Source: Octopus sinensis
Lineage: Eukaryota
Reading direction: 5' to 3'
Length of the DNA stretch: 64,000 nucleotides
Assembly: GCF_006345805.1 (NCBI RefSeq)
Contig: NC_043010.1
Coordinates: forward strand, 11,532,001 to 11,596,000
Positions within the stretch are counted from its first letter, which is position 1. Every line of letters begins with the position of its first letter. Under the pieces are notes generated by a model. The model saw nothing but the letters and a program-made list of their open reading frames with translations. It ran no database searches and had not been told where the DNA came from. Below, in pieces: positions 61,824 through 64,000 of this stretch. A program made the position numbers and the translations under genes.

Positions 61824-62956
61824 ATACACATATATATATATACATAAACATATGGAGTTGTCTAAAACTACGAGTCAGAAAAAAAACACGCATTCATATA
61901 TTGGTCAATACAATGGGTGTATTATTATTGCTAAAATAAAATGTTTTTCATGTTACCCAAATTACCAGTTGGTTTCATACTAGAAATTGAGAAAACTTTG
62001 GCAATCATCAGAAAAGTCTGAAAGAAATATGAAATGTACACTTTTCTGATGATTGCCGGGATTTTCTCAATTGTTTGATCTGTTTTGCTTATTTGGTAGC
62101 AGTGGTTTCACGTTTTTCATCTAATTCAGGGTTAATGCCCAATTCTCTTGCAAATTTGTAAGCTTCCTTGACAATAGAAAGTGTTTTTTTTTTTTGCTGC
62201 TTTCATGTTTGAACACAAGCCACAGCATCCAATCCTCTGTACTAGATAAGTACTTGCTCATTGCTATTGTAGAGATCCTATAGCACAGTTCTTACCTGCA
62301 TCATTCCTCTTCCCCCATTACTTCTAGGTATATTATTACTATTATTATCATTACCAGTACATGATCCATCAATAAGGAAAAAACAATGCTATGTTTAGAA
62401 TAACATTTCAATTTAATTCAACTATTGTTTGAGAAATACACAAAAGATATAATTTCATGATATATTTACATATTCTTATTTATGCAAATACTTTACAAAA
62501 TCAGTAATAAAATAGTAAAAGAAATATTAAGCAAATCTGTACTTTTTACATAGGCAGCATATAAATATTTACACTATTTCCATATAGACAACGTTATATG
62601 TAAGTCTTCTTACATTTTCATTATGACATCTACATGCTCCTCATCTGGTAAATTCCTTTTGATCAGCAGATGTTTTAAGATTCACAGCATCCCCAACTCT
62701 ACTAAGAGTGACATATAACTGACCATGAGTAAATACGGGTGCAGGTATGTAGATGCTGCACTTAGAAAGGTTTTGCCCTTGACTTTTGTTTATAGACATT
62801 GTGAAAGCAGGTCACACTTGAAATTGGCATCTTTTCAAAGTAAAAGGGCAAATCTCTATCAGATGGTTGCAGAATAATGCAGGGAATCAAAAGCATCCGT
62901 CCTGCACCAACACCAGTTGTTTTACTTGCAATGATCATGTTATCCTACACCTATAA

Positions 62957-63156
62957 CAGTGGTTTTCAACCAGGGTTCCGCCAGTACAGTCCAGGGGTTC
63001 CGCAAGAAGTTACAAAAATGCTAAGATCGACAGTAATTTTTAATTCTCCTGTGCACATATGCGTGCATAAGACAATTAAATTATTGCACAGGGGTTCCAC
63101 GAGCCAGTGGAATGTTTCCTTGGGGTTCGCTCCAGCAAAAAGTTTGAAAAGCACTG
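62957..63156. mobile_element. hAT-type MITE with perfect 8-bp TSD
   Basis: ACCTATAA|CAGTGGTTTTCAA...TTGAAAAGCACTG|ACCTATAA. Confidence 0.88.
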
Positions 63157-63628
63157 ACCTATAACGTTCTATAACGTGTGCCATTGCAGTGCCCATTTCT
63201 CTGATCCAAGTTTCTTTGCAACATTATAGGAACACCCATTTTTAATTTGATAATGTGAGGTGGCATGCCACTTACATTAAGAGAATTCATGAATTGAGGA
63301 GAATAGAGTGCAGATTGTTGATCTTCTGCAATGGAATCAATTCTCCTCAGAGTATAAATCTCACCTGGAAATTTCTGGATTATGTGAATTTTACATAGTC
63401 AACTTCTTCATTCTTTGTTGTTATATATAGATAGATAGATAGATAGATAAATATATACACGTGTATATATGTGAATACTGATGAAAATTAACAGGTCATT
63501 TTATTCCCACCAGCCAGCTTGTGAATTCAGCAAAAAGTTAAGAATTTACCTGATCAGGAACAATTTTATACTGAAATCTTTTTGTAGAAATTGCTTGAAC
63601 TAAAATCTCTTCGTGCTTGATTCAAGTA

Positions 63629-63703
63629 AAAAACGTTTGCCAATATTCAGAGGAATATCTAAAACTTGGATTTATACCCGCTATCCATGATAAACTGTTA
63701 CCA
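63629..63703 (+). pseudogene. hAT (Buster/Charlie-like) transposase N-terminal remnant
   Basis: KNVCQYSEEYLKLGFIPAIHDKLLP resembles the R.Y..EYLK.GF motif preceding the BED finger. Confidence 0.55.
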
Positions 63704-63721
63704 AGTTATTGGCGAAAAACT

Positions 63722-64000
63722 TGGTGCACTGCCTTTAGTCAAGCAAATCAACCCCAACACTTATTCTTTGTAAGCCCAGTACTTATTCTATCCGTCTCTT
63801 TTGCTGAACCGCTAAGTTACAGGGACGTAAACACACCAGCATCAGTTGTCAAGTGATGTTGGGGGAACAAACAAAGACACACAAACATATACACACACAT
63901 ACATATATACATATATATATACATATATACGACAGGCTTCTTTCAGTTTCCGTATACCAAATCCACTCACAAGGCTTTGGTCAGCCCGAGGCTATAATAG
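63722..64000 (-). mobile_element. SINE family A, cut by the window end
   Basis: Family A body in reverse complement. Confidence 0.85.

Noticed and set aside
62291-63550. Minus-strand donor-like sites (62296, 63365, 63550) as ends of the protocadherin 5' UTR exon
   Set aside because: Several equally good candidates; such motifs occur by chance and nothing discriminates among them.

Overview
AT-rich eukaryotic genomic DNA saturated with microsatellites and retroposons. The SINE/LINE repertoire plus the gene type point to a cephalopod, most likely Octopus (inference). The only intact protein-coding unit is a protocadherin on the minus strand (52809->50359): signal peptide, six cadherin repeats, TM helix and part of the tail. 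It sits in one ~2.46 kb exon bounded by a strong splice acceptor and a phase-0 donor. The rest consists of at least four tRNA-derived SINE families (called A, C, D, E here), 5'-truncated RTE and CR1 LINE ends, four non-autonomous Helitrons (two head-to-tail), Tc1/mariner, hAT and piggyBac-type MITEs, and simple repeats that explain almost all short ORFs. The most interesting hidden layer is a set of small Penelope-like or retrozyme-like elements. One is a 550-nt structured monomer with a 122-nt terminal redundancy and a near-canonical type I hammerhead ribozyme (15371-15448). Three short (TA)n-embedded elements carry variant minimal hammerhead folds, and two 'palindrome + tail + TSD' elements are present. 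Family names are from recalled motifs, not database searches. Coordinates were read by eye, and the boundaries of old repeats are approximate.
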